Positions 1-10,403 of a DNA stretch of 64,000 nt are shown here, in pieces. How positions within the stretch are numbered: position 1 is the first letter of the stretch; every line of letters begins with the position of its first letter. This DNA is from a virus (taxonomy: Duplodnaviria; Heunggongvirae; Uroviricota; Caudoviricetes). The DNA is taken from positions 64,097 through 128,096 of the IMG/VR virus record IMGVR_UViG_3300018080_000113; one strand, given 5' to 3'. A program made the position numbers and the translations under genes. The notes under the pieces were generated by a model. It saw only the letters and a list, made by a program, of their open reading frames with translations, was not told where the DNA came from and made no database searches.

Positions 1-1739
1 CCTACCAGTGCAAGATGATCTTTCTTTGCAGCTGTTAGTTCTACTCCAAGATCTACATAACGATCTACTTGCGCCATATAATCAGACATTTGATTGCGTA
101 ATTCTTCACGTAAAACAGATAGTGTGTTCTCTAGTTTTGATACTTTATTTTCAGCATCACTAAGAGCTACCTTTGCGCTGTTAGCTTCATCTTCTGAAGC
201 CGCACACTTAGCACAAGGTCTATCAAGTTTCAAGTTGCGTGTAATCATTGCTGATTCCATAAGGTTAAATAATTCTCTGGCACTTTGATCGTCCAATGTT
301 GCAATCATATCACAAGTTGGAACTTCAAGCTTATCAGCCTGAACTTCTTCTTGTTTTGTTTCTACAACATCTTTGCCACAGCCAAGAGCTTTAGCCTTAC
401 GTGCTACACAAGCAAGAATAGTTGCTTTGTTGCCTGGGCCTTTGTAACGACCAATTAAACGTTGTGCTGCAGTTACATGCGCACAATCAGGAACAGGGAA
501 TGAACGATCTGGCCCACAGAATGTAGACTTAGACAGTTTGTTTCTCTTCTCTGTTGAAAGCTTTGCGTCTGTTACTTGTTCTTCATTAAAGAGGCCTTCG
601 TCCTTCATTAGATCGAATTCCTTCTCAAATTCAGCATAAGCAGCATCTTGGTCTACTTCTTGGTCAGTAACTTCAAGATTTTCTAATGCATACAAAAAAG
701 CTGTTTCGTCGTTTAGTTCAGCTTCTACTTGGTCTGGATATTTTCCATCGTCACCTTTAATGCTAACAAGTTGTTTTGCAAATTCAGTGGCTTTGTCGTC
801 GTCCAGCTCAGGGCGAAGTGTCTTAACGGCAGTCAGCATTTCTTTCTCAGCGTCAGAAAGAACTACTTCTTCTACTTTATCTGCCATGTTTTTATCCTCC
901 TTATAATCTCTAAATGAGAATGTAAATTTTGGATTCTCATCCATATTCTTCCAGTCTTTAACAGGAACTGTAAATTCTCTTTTGTTGTCATGGTGCCCAA
1001 TTGAAACCTGTGTTAAAGGATCTCCATCCATAACTACAAAGCTAACTTCGTCGTACTTATAAACTCCAGGCACCAATGCACAAACTACTTCTTCGTCTTC
1101 GTCTCCATATTCCTTACCAGGTTCATGTTCGCAAAATCCATCTTGTGCCCAGTTTTGCTGGCACTCAGAACAATATGCATGTCCAGGAGAGCGAAAAGAA
1201 GTAGAGACGGCATCAAAACGACCATCACTGACTTGTTCAATAGTCTTATTGTCTAAAACTGTACCGCTAAGTTTAATATAACCTAAGCCCCTCCATCCAT
1301 CTGAGAATGGAATGCCAGACTTCATAAATCTTTTAGCAGCACTAACTTGTTTTGCAATACTATTAGAACTATCCATTAGTATCTGTACGTCTCTATTATT
1401 CTCTAGTCCATCAGGAATAGTTGGAATATATTCAGCAGCAGTAATAATGCCGACAGGATCTTCATGTGTATTGTGATGTTTTAGGATCTTGGCAGGCTTG
1501 TTGCGCTTAATAAACGTAGCAGTTCCGTCCATCATACGTGATGGCAAATAGAATCTTAAATTATCATTAAGAAAACCGGAATGGGTGGCTTCAAACGTAA
1601 CATCTAAGCCTTGTTTTACTCCAGCCTGAGAATAACTATCAGACTGTACAGTAAGAGAATCCTTCCATTTAGAAACATCTTCTTCTGTTGGCTTTACCAA
1701 TTTAAAGTAATCTCTAAACAGAGCAATATCTTTTGGCAT
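1..1739 (-). CDS. virion morphogenesis protein, 5'-partial at window edge (possible prohead protease/scaffold; acidic coiled-coil C-terminal half)
   Basis: ATG at 1739 with GGAGTG SD 6 nt upstream. Hand translation reads without a stop to position 1, and the ORF track lists no complete minus ORF here, consistent with an ORF running off the edge. It sits directly after the portal/MuF gene. Confidence 0.4.
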   Translation of the reverse strand, partial: MPKDIALFRDYFKLVKPTEEDVSKWKDSLTVQSDSYSQAGVKQGLDVTFEATHSGFLNDNLRFYLPSRMMDGTATFIKRNKPAKILKHHNTHEDPVGIITAAEYIPTIPDGLENNRDVQILMDSSNSIAKQVSAAKRFMKSGIPFSDGWRGLGYIKLSGTVLDNKTIEQVSDGRFDAVSTSFRSPGHAYCSECQQNWAQDGFCEHEPGKEYGDEDEEVVCALVPGVYKYDEVSFVVMDGDPLTQVSIGHHDNKREFTVPVKDWKNMDENPKFTFSFRDYKEDKNMADKVEEVVLSDAEKEMLTAVKTLRPELDDDKATEFAKQLVSIKGDDGKYPDQVEAELNDETAFLYALENLEVTDQEVDQDAAYAEFEKEFDLMKDEGLFNEEQVTDAKLSTEKRNKLSKSTFCGPDRSFPVPDCAHVTAAQRLIGRYKGPGNKATILACVARKAKALGCGKDVVETKQEEVQADKLEVPTCDMIATLDDQSARELFNLMESAMITRNLKLDRPCAKCAASEDEANSAKVALSDAENKVSKLENTLSVLREELRNQMSDYMAQVDRYVDLGVELTAAKKDHLALV

Positions 1740-1757
1740 GCTTTTCACTCCTACTAA

Positions 1758-3998
1758 TTAGTTGCTTGTCCTCATGGTACACGTACAGTGTGGATGCAAC
1801 GGAGGTAATTCTTCATAAATTATAGCATCTGTGGATTTGTATTTCAAAAACTGGTTGTCACAAATCTCACAAGGCTGACTTCCACTTCTAGTAGAACGTA
1901 TTTCTTCAAAACCATTTAGGCGATGACCACTAGATAATCCATAATTGTATGCTCTCATTATTTCACTGTTGTCTATCATACGAGTCCTATGTTCTAATGC
2001 ATCAAAAATAAGCCCTACAAAAACAGCATCTTCTATACGAAGCACTGTTCTTTTGGTAGTGTGCGATTTAATACGACTAATTAAATTATCACGTAGCTTA
2101 TTGACATATTTTTCCACATGATCATGAATTTTTGCATCAATCTTATCAAGTCGCACTTCCCAAACCATTCTACCGGTTTCATTTAACCCAGCCCTATATG
2201 CCTGTTTGGCTTGGCCAATCAATGTATCTCTAGCTTCAGCAAACGACATGTTAATAGAAAGCTCAAGTTTTGACATGGACACGCCATCTCTACGAACTTG
2301 ATTAACTATATCGTTCTTAATGCTACCATAAATACCAGCTAAAGGTCCGCTTTGCTTATAGATAAAGTCCAGAGTATCTTTGTTTATTTTGGCAGATGAA
2401 CGACTTCCATGTTGATTAGACGGTTTGTTTTTATTAGAAACAGCACTGCCGCCAGCAGAAGCATTCTTGGTAGAGTTAGCCTTTATCATTGCTTTTGCTT
2501 CATCTGTGCCAGGCTCATCAATAGATTGTAGGATAATTTTGTCTCTTTCGAAAAGTCCATAGTTTGTATTAGCAAAATCACCATCGCCAGAAGTAAACAT
2601 TTTATTCTTATTGTTAGCAGTTGGCCATCCATCGCCCTGATATGGTTCTAAGCCAATCATTTGACGCATCTCGTCATGTGTAATAGCATTCTTCAGGAAG
2701 ATATCAACAGCATGATTTTCTTTGGCCTGACGAGACTCCATGTCAATTTCTTTGAACTTTAATTTAACCATATTCTCTTCTTCTAACAGTGTAGATTCAG
2801 GAAAAGTAGATTCCATTAAAAGTTCTTGGATGACTAGTGCATAAAACTGAGCACCAAACTCTTTTTGGTCTGCCTTGGTGTCGTCAATAAGATTACGAGA
2901 CATAGTTTGTGCAGTACTGCGATTTGCAGTTCCGCCTTCGCCCATATCAACAGATGACACGCCAAGGCCAGTAAAGATTCTTTGTTTAAAATGCTCAACT
3001 ACTTTGTCTACAGCAACAGGACCAGAAGACACTTGTAGAGGAACAATCTCATGTCTCTCAGGAGTAACCCAGCAACCGTCTGAGGGCATTTGAGATACTT
3101 CTGTCTTAACTATATCAATCTCAGTACTGCCATCTGGAAATACTGCAGCAGGAGCATCTTGTGTTCCAACCTTATAGTGAAACAAGGGGAAAAGATGTTG
3201 ATATACGAGAAGCTCAATATTCTCTTCAATACGACGTAGAGCACGAATATCATCTTTAACAGGAACTAAAGAAGGAGTACCAACAGAATACCCAGGGCGT
3301 TTGTCGAAATAAAAATGAATAACATCCTCAGGACGAAACTCTTTCTCTACTTTACCTTGTAGCTCTTGTTGATACTTAACAATCTTACCAAACTCGTCAC
3401 GTTTAAAACGTACTGTTTCGGCGGGGACTAAAAAGTAACCAGCAACTGGCTCTAATCTTTTGCCATCTGCTGAAACACGTGTCTTGCCGCCAGAAGCAAC
3501 TTGCTTACGAACCTTAACCCAAAAAGCATTGGATGTTCTAACAAGAGAAGCTACTGTTTCAGACATCAATATAGGGAATGGCATACCAGTAGCATGTTCC
3601 ATTTGCTGTAAACGTTTTTTGATATAGCGAATTCTAGGAAGATTTGAACCTACAAATTCATAACCTTCTTTAAGGAATAGGTTTTTCTTTACTCTAAATG
3701 CTCGTCTAACATAGGCTTCAGTATCAATAATTCTGCCAGTCTCAACTAGGTCCCATTCTGGAAACTCCCAGCGAAGAGTAGGCGCTCTGCCTCTACCGAT
3801 ATTTGATGTATATACTTTTGTTGGAGGAGGAAGATGCTTAGGAATGATACTTTTCTTATCAGGAGTACGAAATCCATTATTCTTTGTGTCAGGAGCGTTC
3901 TGGTCTTTCTTAGATATAGTTTTAGCCATTACCGCCAGTTCTCCTCTCGTATTCGGCAATCCAATCTCTAGCTTTTGATAATTCATCTGCTGCAACAT
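1758..3998 (-). CDS. portal-like / head morphogenesis protein; C-terminus carries the SPP1 gp7 / Mu F-family motif (PPLHPHCTCT)
   Basis: 747-aa ORF; first ATG at 3998 (track start 4001 is GTG). The C-terminal HPxCxC motif is typical of Phage_Mu_F minor head proteins. It lies downstream of terL in the morphogenesis operon. Confidence 0.5.
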   Translation of the reverse strand: MLQQMNYQKLEIGLPNTRGELAVMAKTISKKDQNAPDTKNNGFRTPDKKSIIPKHLPPPTKVYTSNIGRGRAPTLRWEFPEWDLVETGRIIDTEAYVRRAFRVKKNLFLKEGYEFVGSNLPRIRYIKKRLQQMEHATGMPFPILMSETVASLVRTSNAFWVKVRKQVASGGKTRVSADGKRLEPVAGYFLVPAETVRFKRDEFGKIVKYQQELQGKVEKEFRPEDVIHFYFDKRPGYSVGTPSLVPVKDDIRALRRIEENIELLVYQHLFPLFHYKVGTQDAPAAVFPDGSTEIDIVKTEVSQMPSDGCWVTPERHEIVPLQVSSGPVAVDKVVEHFKQRIFTGLGVSSVDMGEGGTANRSTAQTMSRNLIDDTKADQKEFGAQFYALVIQELLMESTFPESTLLEEENMVKLKFKEIDMESRQAKENHAVDIFLKNAITHDEMRQMIGLEPYQGDGWPTANNKNKMFTSGDGDFANTNYGLFERDKIILQSIDEPGTDEAKAMIKANSTKNASAGGSAVSNKNKPSNQHGSRSSAKINKDTLDFIYKQSGPLAGIYGSIKNDIVNQVRRDGVSMSKLELSINMSFAEARDTLIGQAKQAYRAGLNETGRMVWEVRLDKIDAKIHDHVEKYVNKLRDNLISRIKSHTTKRTVLRIEDAVFVGLIFDALEHRTRMIDNSEIMRAYNYGLSSGHRLNGFEEIRSTRSGSQPCEICDNQFLKYKSTDAIIYEELPPLHPHCTCTMRTSN

Positions 3999-5916
3999 CA
4001 CGCAGACAATTCTTGATTATAATACCTGATTCTGTAGTTTTTTGCTTAACTTCATCAGTCTTAGCTGTATCTGCAATTTTACCAATGCCAGTATCAATAG
4101 TGCCCTTGTTGGTTTCAGCAAATGCGTCAGAAACTTCACTAACAGTTGGAGGTATATTTGTACCAGGCGGAATCACCATAATAGACCCATCGTCAAGTAC
4201 CTTAAATTTTGTATCGCTAAATTTATTAAGACCATCTTCAAGGATAAACTTGAGCTGTCCTTCATCAAAATTACTATTAACGCCACACTTTAAACCATTT
4301 TTTGATACAGCTTCAAGAATAGCCTTAAGCATCATGATCAATTGAATAATTTTTGATTTGAGCTGTGTATTTCCTGTTTTCTTAATCATCCACCCTGCAT
4401 CTGTTCCCAAAAGATCATAAACCATCTGTGTGGCATAATCGAACCAATCTTGCACATAACGAATAGAGCCTTGCATTATATTACGCATTTGTACAATAGA
4501 ACTAACTAAAGGCTCTGGGTCGAAATATTCACGAGCTTCTTGTGGACGAGTTTGTTTCTCTGGAGGATGGTTCTCATTGCCAGCAGAAAATTCTTTTGAC
4601 CATTTTTCAGACTGAGGAATGTCGTCTTTGCTCCATCTAGTGCCGTCTTGTGAACTACCAGCACGAAGGGGAGGCGGAACTTTACGACGTTTCTTAGCTT
4701 CTTTGGCTCTAAGTTCTGCCCATTGTTGGTTTCTTTCTTCTCTTTCTGCCTCTGACAAAGTTGGAACCCAAGCTTCTTTCATTTCGTCTGCTGCTAACTC
4801 TGTCTCTTCTTGTGGCCATTCAGGTCTTTGTGGATTATATTTCTCGCTATCAGGAGTATCAAATCTTTCTGCTTCTCCTGCAACCCAGCCTCCTTGACCA
4901 GCCATTACGCTGTCAGCGTTAGTACCTGTACTAAAGGATGATGCAAAATTATTATGGCCTGGAGCGGCAACGCCAATATCTGCATCTATAGAGACAGTTG
5001 CTTCAGAAAGAGGAATCTTCATACTCTGCGCAGTAATAATGGTTTCATTGATGTGATCGACTACACATAGCATAGGACCTACCAATAGTTGCACAAGCTT
5101 GTCTAGCCACTGAGCAAGAGCATCCAAGAACGGACTAAGAATTGCACCGACAAGATTAATAATGAAGTTGATATTAAATCTTATATCTAAGTTAAGCTTG
5201 GCAAGATACTGTGTAAGTAAAGCTAGCATTGCCAGCAAGTCTTGTGGGCACAAATACGCTAAAAGCTTTAAAAGCTCACAGATATCTAAGTTCATTCCTG
5301 GATCTTTAAACAAGTTAACAATCTGCTCAATTAGATCTGTACGTAAGCTAATGTTTAAAAGATGCAGCTCTAATAAGTTTCCATCTGGCAATAAGTCTTC
5401 AAGCGATATACGACCAAAACAAGGAATACACTCAGTAAGCATTTTGCCAATATTCTTGGCTTTTGTTTTTGCAGATGTATCAGAACCAAAAATCTTAGTA
5501 TAGTCAAAGTCCTGTTGCCTAGAACGAAGACCGTTCATAAAGGCATCAGGATTATCCATTGCATTGTTCCAGAAAGACTGCCTGTCGTCAGACATTTCTT
5601 TTGCATTGGTATAAGCAGGGTCTTCGCCAGGCACATTGGAAGTTTGGTGCATTCCAGGGTAGTAGTCCATCTGTTCTCTTACGCGCTCAGAGAAGTTTCT
5701 TGTAGAATAAACATCTTTGTAGTGATAAGCGAGAGCATAGTCTTCTTCTGCCCAGTTAGAAGCCTCAAGTTCAAATGTATTAATAACAAGAGCGTAGTCG
5801 TGTTGAGAAAATGGATTTTTAAGATTAGGCGTAAGTTTTATTTCTTGTCCATCTAAAGAAGCAGCTACCTTCTTCTCGTTCGACAAAACATCATTTTTGT
5901 TATCAGTAAATCCCAT
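3922..5916 (-). CDS. virion structural protein, unknown function (possible portal); long disordered acidic/basic central region
   Basis: 664-aa ORF in the structural operon, tightly packed with neighbours (stop/start overlap at 5916). Confidence 0.5.
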   Translation of the reverse strand: MGFTDNKNDVLSNEKKVAASLDGQEIKLTPNLKNPFSQHDYALVINTFELEASNWAEEDYALAYHYKDVYSTRNFSERVREQMDYYPGMHQTSNVPGEDPAYTNAKEMSDDRQSFWNNAMDNPDAFMNGLRSRQQDFDYTKIFGSDTSAKTKAKNIGKMLTECIPCFGRISLEDLLPDGNLLELHLLNISLRTDLIEQIVNLFKDPGMNLDICELLKLLAYLCPQDLLAMLALLTQYLAKLNLDIRFNINFIINLVGAILSPFLDALAQWLDKLVQLLVGPMLCVVDHINETIITAQSMKIPLSEATVSIDADIGVAAPGHNNFASSFSTGTNADSVMAGQGGWVAGEAERFDTPDSEKYNPQRPEWPQEETELAADEMKEAWVPTLSEAEREERNQQWAELRAKEAKKRRKVPPPLRAGSSQDGTRWSKDDIPQSEKWSKEFSAGNENHPPEKQTRPQEAREYFDPEPLVSSIVQMRNIMQGSIRYVQDWFDYATQMVYDLLGTDAGWMIKKTGNTQLKSKIIQLIMMLKAILEAVSKNGLKCGVNSNFDEGQLKFILEDGLNKFSDTKFKVLDDGSIMVIPPGTNIPPTVSEVSDAFAETNKGTIDTGIGKIADTAKTDEVKQKTTESGIIIKNCLRDVAADELSKARDWIAEYERRTGGNG

Positions 5917-6284
5917 TATCCACCCGTAGCAGCAGAGACTACTTCAGTAAGTCCTGTAACAGCAGCTCCGCCTGCTTCTTTCTGAGCTTTAATTGCTTGT
6001 TCTAATACTTTACTTCCAGGAGAAGGAAAACTACCGTCATAAACAGGTAGCGCCAAACCAGTTCCAGGAGAAGTAGTAGAGCCAGCTTGAGCAGTAGGAC
6101 TACCTGTAGTAGCAACTACTTGTCCTGGGTCTACTTTTAGCACCAAGTTTGTTTTACTCATCATTTGCTTAGCATCTTCCCTTGTTGCAAAATCAGTCAT
6201 AATATAAGGGAATATTTTAGCATATGTAATAAAAGTTGCTACCGAATCATAGATTTCTTCACTAATTGGTTCAAATGCCATCAT
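5916..6284 (-). CDS. hypothetical virion-associated protein
   Basis: 122-aa ORF, translationally coupled (ATGA overlaps) within the minus-strand operon. Confidence 0.45.
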   Translation of the reverse strand: MMAFEPISEEIYDSVATFITYAKIFPYIMTDFATREDAKQMMSKTNLVLKVDPGQVVATTGSPTAQAGSTTSPGTGLALPVYDGSFPSPGSKVLEQAIKAQKEAGGAAVTGLTEVVSAATGG

Positions 6285-6691
6285 GGTGTTGGGGCTCCTG
6301 TGTCATTAGATATTTTTGCCAACTCACGAACACATACTTTATACATCTCAAAAGTTATTTCTTCTATTTCGCCAAGACCAAATATCCTCGCCAAAGCTTG
6401 CATAACAGTAAGATGCTGCGCCCTATTAAGAGGCACTGTAACATTTTTGCAACGTTCTTCTATCTGAGCTTCAGTCCTTTTGCATTCTTCAATAACTTTA
6501 GTATATCCATCTACTACTTCTTTTGCTTTTTCTCTTCGAGTATCAATGTCTGATTTTTCTTCTCTATTTGGAGTGTCAGACATATACGGAAGCAAAACTT
6601 CTCTAGGATCAGCAGGAACCCAAGACACACCAGCAGTTTCATTTAATAAAGTTGCATCATTAGGATCTAGAAGCTTTTTGATATCTTTCAT
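6281..6691 (-). CDS. hypothetical protein
   Basis: 136-aa ORF, coupled to its neighbours. Confidence 0.45.
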   Translation of the reverse strand: MKDIKKLLDPNDATLLNETAGVSWVPADPREVLLPYMSDTPNREEKSDIDTRREKAKEVVDGYTKVIEECKRTEAQIEERCKNVTVPLNRAQHLTVMQALARIFGLGEIEEITFEMYKVCVRELAKISNDTGAPTP

Positions 6692-7155
6692 TAAATTACC
6701 GTGTTCTCTGTATATTCTACCTTTAGTACAATATCTGTTTTATTTTGTGCATTGGTATTAGGTGGACAAGAAATGAAATACCAGAAAGGAAAATATGTAG
6801 CCGAATCTCCAACTCCATCAGAGCCAATGTCATCCATATCTATATATTCTCCCCAGTCAATATTATCCCATTCTGCTTCTGTAGGTTCTGTTCCGCCCTT
6901 ATTGAGTTTAATTCCCCAGCCAGTTTCAGTATATCCTACATCTCCATATGGATTTGCATCAACAAGATCAACAGGAGTAATTTTGATATTTGAATACCAC
7001 ACTGCACTATCGTCGTTACGCAAATAAAGAATAATAGGACTTTCGTCTCCTTCTTTGCCGTCATGTGTAGTAGTTATTGGATTAGTTAAGTCTGTGCCTG
7101 TTGTAGCCAAAGACAATAAACCATCAGAATCTCTAAAATATACCTCAAGAGCCAT
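6691..7155 (-). CDS. hypothetical protein
   Basis: 154-aa ORF immediately downstream of terL. Confidence 0.45.
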   Translation of the reverse strand: MALEVYFRDSDGLLSLATTGTDLTNPITTTHDGKEGDESPIILYLRNDDSAVWYSNIKITPVDLVDANPYGDVGYTETGWGIKLNKGGTEPTEAEWDNIDWGEYIDMDDIGSDGVGDSATYFPFWYFISCPPNTNAQNKTDIVLKVEYTENTVI

Positions 7156-7163
7156 TTTGCCTC

Positions 7164-10100
7164 CTAAAAGTTCGAGCGCGAGGGTCGGTCTCTTCTAATT
7201 GTTTGGCGACCTCGCCTGCGCTGCAAAAACTCTGCAATATGTCTATCTTCATCATCAGTATCCCACCCAGGTTTATTTGTGCGAATACCATTTAAGCCAT
7301 TATCCACTCTTGCTGGCAAAGATGCAAACAGTTGTTCTTCAACAACAGTCTTTTGGAACCCTCCATCTAGTCTTCGTTCTTGAGGAGTAGAAACTCTTTC
7401 TTTGGATAGATTTTTGTCTGGAGAACCTTGGTTTTTTAATGTTCTTGGATCTGGAACAGACGCAACCTGTGTATTAACATTTCTAACATGCAAACTATCA
7501 AACTCTAACTGAAATGCAACAACAGCAAGATTAAAAGCATCAAGCCTATGGTCTAGTGCCTTAGGATCGTCAAGACCATAAACAGGAACTTTAGTTGGTG
7601 TAATTCTTTCAATTATATAACTTCTAAGTTGTTTTTCAAGAATATGATCATGAGACGAAAGCCTAATAGAGTTTTGTTCAAACAATCGTACAGAGGCATT
7701 AACCATAAATGGTTTTGCAGGAGACTTCTTTCTTTGTGCACTTACAGGATCACGAGTCTCAATCGAAGCACCTGCATCGTATTTCTTTAATATTCTTAAC
7801 AAATTAGCAGTATCTCTGTCTCCCTCTTTCTTCATGTTCTCATAGGCAGTTTTACGAAGAATCTCATAGTTGGTACTGCCATTACCTGCGTCAATATATA
7901 CAAAATGCGGCTTCCATTTACGATTCATTTCAAGTAGCTTAGATACGCCTGTAAGCTGTGTAAACTCAGAACGCTCAACATGTAAAGAATCCACTACCTG
8001 GAACATGTTTGTAAATGGATTAAACCCTAATACAACAATTTCAGTACCATGTTTCTCATTCCAGTCAGTTCCAATTGTGTATTTCCATGATGGGTTTCTT
8101 TGAATAGTTTTATATTCATAGTCCACAAGAGATCGATCAATATAAGATGGTTTATAAACACCAGCTTCTGCAGTTCCCCATTCGGCCAAATATTCGTGTT
8201 TCCAGTCTTCTTCTGTAAACTGTGCTTTCTCAGCCTCAACCTGACGCCACCAAGGAAGAACTTTATAAGTAAAGTGGAATTCTTTATAGTGCGGGTTCTC
8301 CTCACATAATGTATAGTATGGAGTCTTAAATCCTGTTGGGGTCGAGAAGCCTACAAGAGATGTGTGAGGCGACGTGTGTAGAATCGGCAAGATACCACTT
8401 CGAAGAGCAGTCTCGTCGATATAATCCATTTCCTCACAATTGTGAGTAAACAAACCGCCAGCAAAAAACCTATTTGCTGCTCCAGATGTTAAATTGTAAA
8501 CATCAACTGGCTCGTTACAAAACCTAACATTCTCTCTGATAACCGGAAGAAGAACATAGCCGTCTTTCCATGTTAATTTTTCAACCAACTCATAAGGAGT
8601 TAATAGTCTTTCAGAATATAATTTATCATATAGTTTCTTATGATATTTTATCGTAGACTTAGGAATATTAAGACTTAAAGATATTTTACTTGAAGTTCCA
8701 ACCTGAAGTCTAATTAAACGATTTTTTATCCATCTTTCTGATTTCCAATTTGATTCGTAGTGCCTATATAGCTTCCATGAATTAGCAAGCCTGGTTTTCT
8801 CTGCACTATAACAAAAACCAATTTTCTCAACAAAAGAATCAATGTTTTCTTTTGAGTTATTGATAGAAAGATATCCAACCCATCGATCTTCGTCAGCAAG
8901 TTGTTTAAAAGAAATTGAATATTTTATGTCTATTTCATCTAGCAAAGCACAAATATCAGAGAACCAAAGCTCGATCCATTCTTTTTGTTGGCTTCTCATA
9001 TTTAAAGCTAATGCTCTTGGCGTTCTATTGTTCTTTTGATATTTGACGCCTGTAGATTCAGCAGAAAACAAACCAGACAAGAAAGATGTTTTTAGACATG
9101 ACTTCCCATGTTTAATAAAACCAGGGACTCGAATTGGTTGTAAAACTTTTTTACCATCAGGGTGTAAATCTTTAAAGAACTTATAGGCATAAGAAGATCT
9201 TATCTGTGCACCAAAACCATAAATTCCTCGATCAACATTATTCATCTCTCTAGCAGAAATCTTGTGTTTCTTATCGCCAAGAGACATTAGGTCTATTTGA
9301 ACCTGTTCCAGATCTTCTGGCTGGCCAGACCATCCTACAATATTGCTAGAGATCCAGCCATCTCCATACATAAATCCTAACAATCTAGCAATTACATTTT
9401 CATACCCAAAAGTTAACTCTTTATGATAGAGAGAGACTACGACCTCTCTTGCGTCTTTGGCTTCAATGTCTTCTTTACCATTAAACAAAGGATGATCTGG
9501 AGTGCATTTGATAGTATTTAGTGCAGTAGGAACTGTGACCAAAGTGCCTTTTCTTATTCCTAGGTTTTGTATATCTCCTACGTACACTCCTTTCTCGTCT
9601 CCACCTAAAACAGTATCTTGAAGAGTTAGATCTTCAATAGGCTTAACAGAAAACTTAGATGTATTTACTAGTGTTCCTTTTGGGAAGCAATAGATATCAT
9701 CAGCATCTTGTCCACGACCTGCCAAACCTTCTTTCTTACCTTTGGCGCCACCAGCAAACCCACGTGCACGAGAACCATTACGAAGTTTAATCTCATAGTA
9801 TGGAGCCGCAACATCTCTAATAACAGAATCTTTAAGAATAGGATTAGCAGCAATAAATGCACGAATACGAGTAAAGATTTCTTCAACATGAACTTTTTGA
9901 GGGCCAGTAACAAATATCTTACGATCTGTACTAGTAAAAAGCTTAAATAAGATTTCCATACACACAGAATCAGTTTTTCCCGTTCGTCGGCCAATACGTA
10001 AAACCTTACGTCGGGATGTACAGCGAAGAACTTGTTCTTGGTACCATCTGGCTACCCACGGAAGATTGCCAGGTAATTTAGCAAATTGTTTAGCAAATTC

Positions 10101-10352
10101 AACCTTATCTCTAACAGAACGAAGAATATCTAATTGAGTATCAGTTTTGGTAGCCTTCTCCATTGGAGATACAAGTTCGTTTGAAATACCAGTACAAGGA
10201 ACCATAAAGTTCTTACCAACTGCCTGGCCTTCATAGATATGTTTTTCGTACTTTTTAATCTGTGCACGAACACATTCATGGCATTGCGGAATGACCTTAT
10301 CTACATCAAATGGTAAATTAAGATCTCTTAAGTCAGCTAATTCATCTTTCAT
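7164..10352 (-). CDS. terL: terminase large subunit interrupted by an intein (extein ~645 aa)
   Basis: Walker A VLRIGRRTGKTD. After intein removal the junction reads ...DADDIY/CEEMDYIDE (Walker B-like). A C-terminal nuclease-like region (LDHRLDAFNLAVVAF) follows. Confidence 0.85.
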   Translation of the reverse strand: MKDELADLRDLNLPFDVDKVIPQCHECVRAQIKKYEKHIYEGQAVGKNFMVPCTGISNELVSPMEKATKTDTQLDILRSVRDKVEFAKQFAKLPGNLPWVARWYQEQVLRCTSRRKVLRIGRRTGKTDSVCMEILFKLFTSTDRKIFVTGPQKVHVEEIFTRIRAFIAANPILKDSVIRDVAAPYYEIKLRNGSRARGFAGGAKGKKEGLAGRGQDADDIYCFPKGTLVNTSKFSVKPIEDLTLQDTVLGGDEKGVYVGDIQNLGIRKGTLVTVPTALNTIKCTPDHPLFNGKEDIEAKDAREVVVSLYHKELTFGYENVIARLLGFMYGDGWISSNIVGWSGQPEDLEQVQIDLMSLGDKKHKISAREMNNVDRGIYGFGAQIRSSYAYKFFKDLHPDGKKVLQPIRVPGFIKHGKSCLKTSFLSGLFSAESTGVKYQKNNRTPRALALNMRSQQKEWIELWFSDICALLDEIDIKYSISFKQLADEDRWVGYLSINNSKENIDSFVEKIGFCYSAEKTRLANSWKLYRHYESNWKSERWIKNRLIRLQVGTSSKISLSLNIPKSTIKYHKKLYDKLYSERLLTPYELVEKLTWKDGYVLLPVIRENVRFCNEPVDVYNLTSGAANRFFAGGLFTHNCEEMDYIDETALRSGILPILHTSPHTSLVGFSTPTGFKTPYYTLCEENPHYKEFHFTYKVLPWWRQVEAEKAQFTEEDWKHEYLAEWGTAEAGVYKPSYIDRSLVDYEYKTIQRNPSWKYTIGTDWNEKHGTEIVVLGFNPFTNMFQVVDSLHVERSEFTQLTGVSKLLEMNRKWKPHFVYIDAGNGSTNYEILRKTAYENMKKEGDRDTANLLRILKKYDAGASIETRDPVSAQRKKSPAKPFMVNASVRLFEQNSIRLSSHDHILEKQLRSYIIERITPTKVPVYGLDDPKALDHRLDAFNLAVVAFQLEFDSLHVRNVNTQVASVPDPRTLKNQGSPDKNLSKERVSTPQERRLDGGFQKTVVEEQLFASLPARVDNGLNGIRTNKPGWDTDDEDRHIAEFLQRRRGRQTIRRDRPSRSNF
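8439..9689 (-). mobile_element. intein (~417 aa) with LAGLIDADG homing-endonuclease domain inside terL
   Basis: N-terminal splice block CFPKGTLV starts with Cys, codon at 9689-9687. LAGLIDADG motifs are LLGFMYGDGW and FLSGLFSAES. C-terminal block FTHN is followed by Cys+1, Asn codon 8441-8439. Boundaries were checked by reverse-complement translation. Confidence 0.75.
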
Positions 10353-10403
10353 ATTGTCACCTAAGACAGAATTGTATAGAAATATTATATATTTGTACAG
10401 TGC

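Noticed and set aside
729-917. ORF 729..917 (+)
   Set aside because: Lies inside the partial minus-strand morphogenesis gene that runs to the window edge; no SD.
4013-5856. Plus-strand ORFs inside the 664-aa minus-strand gene (4013..4345, 4042..4293, 4619..4897, 5162..5503, 5515..5856)
   Set aside because: Fully nested in a long, well-supported minus-strand ORF within a coupled operon. No start signals.
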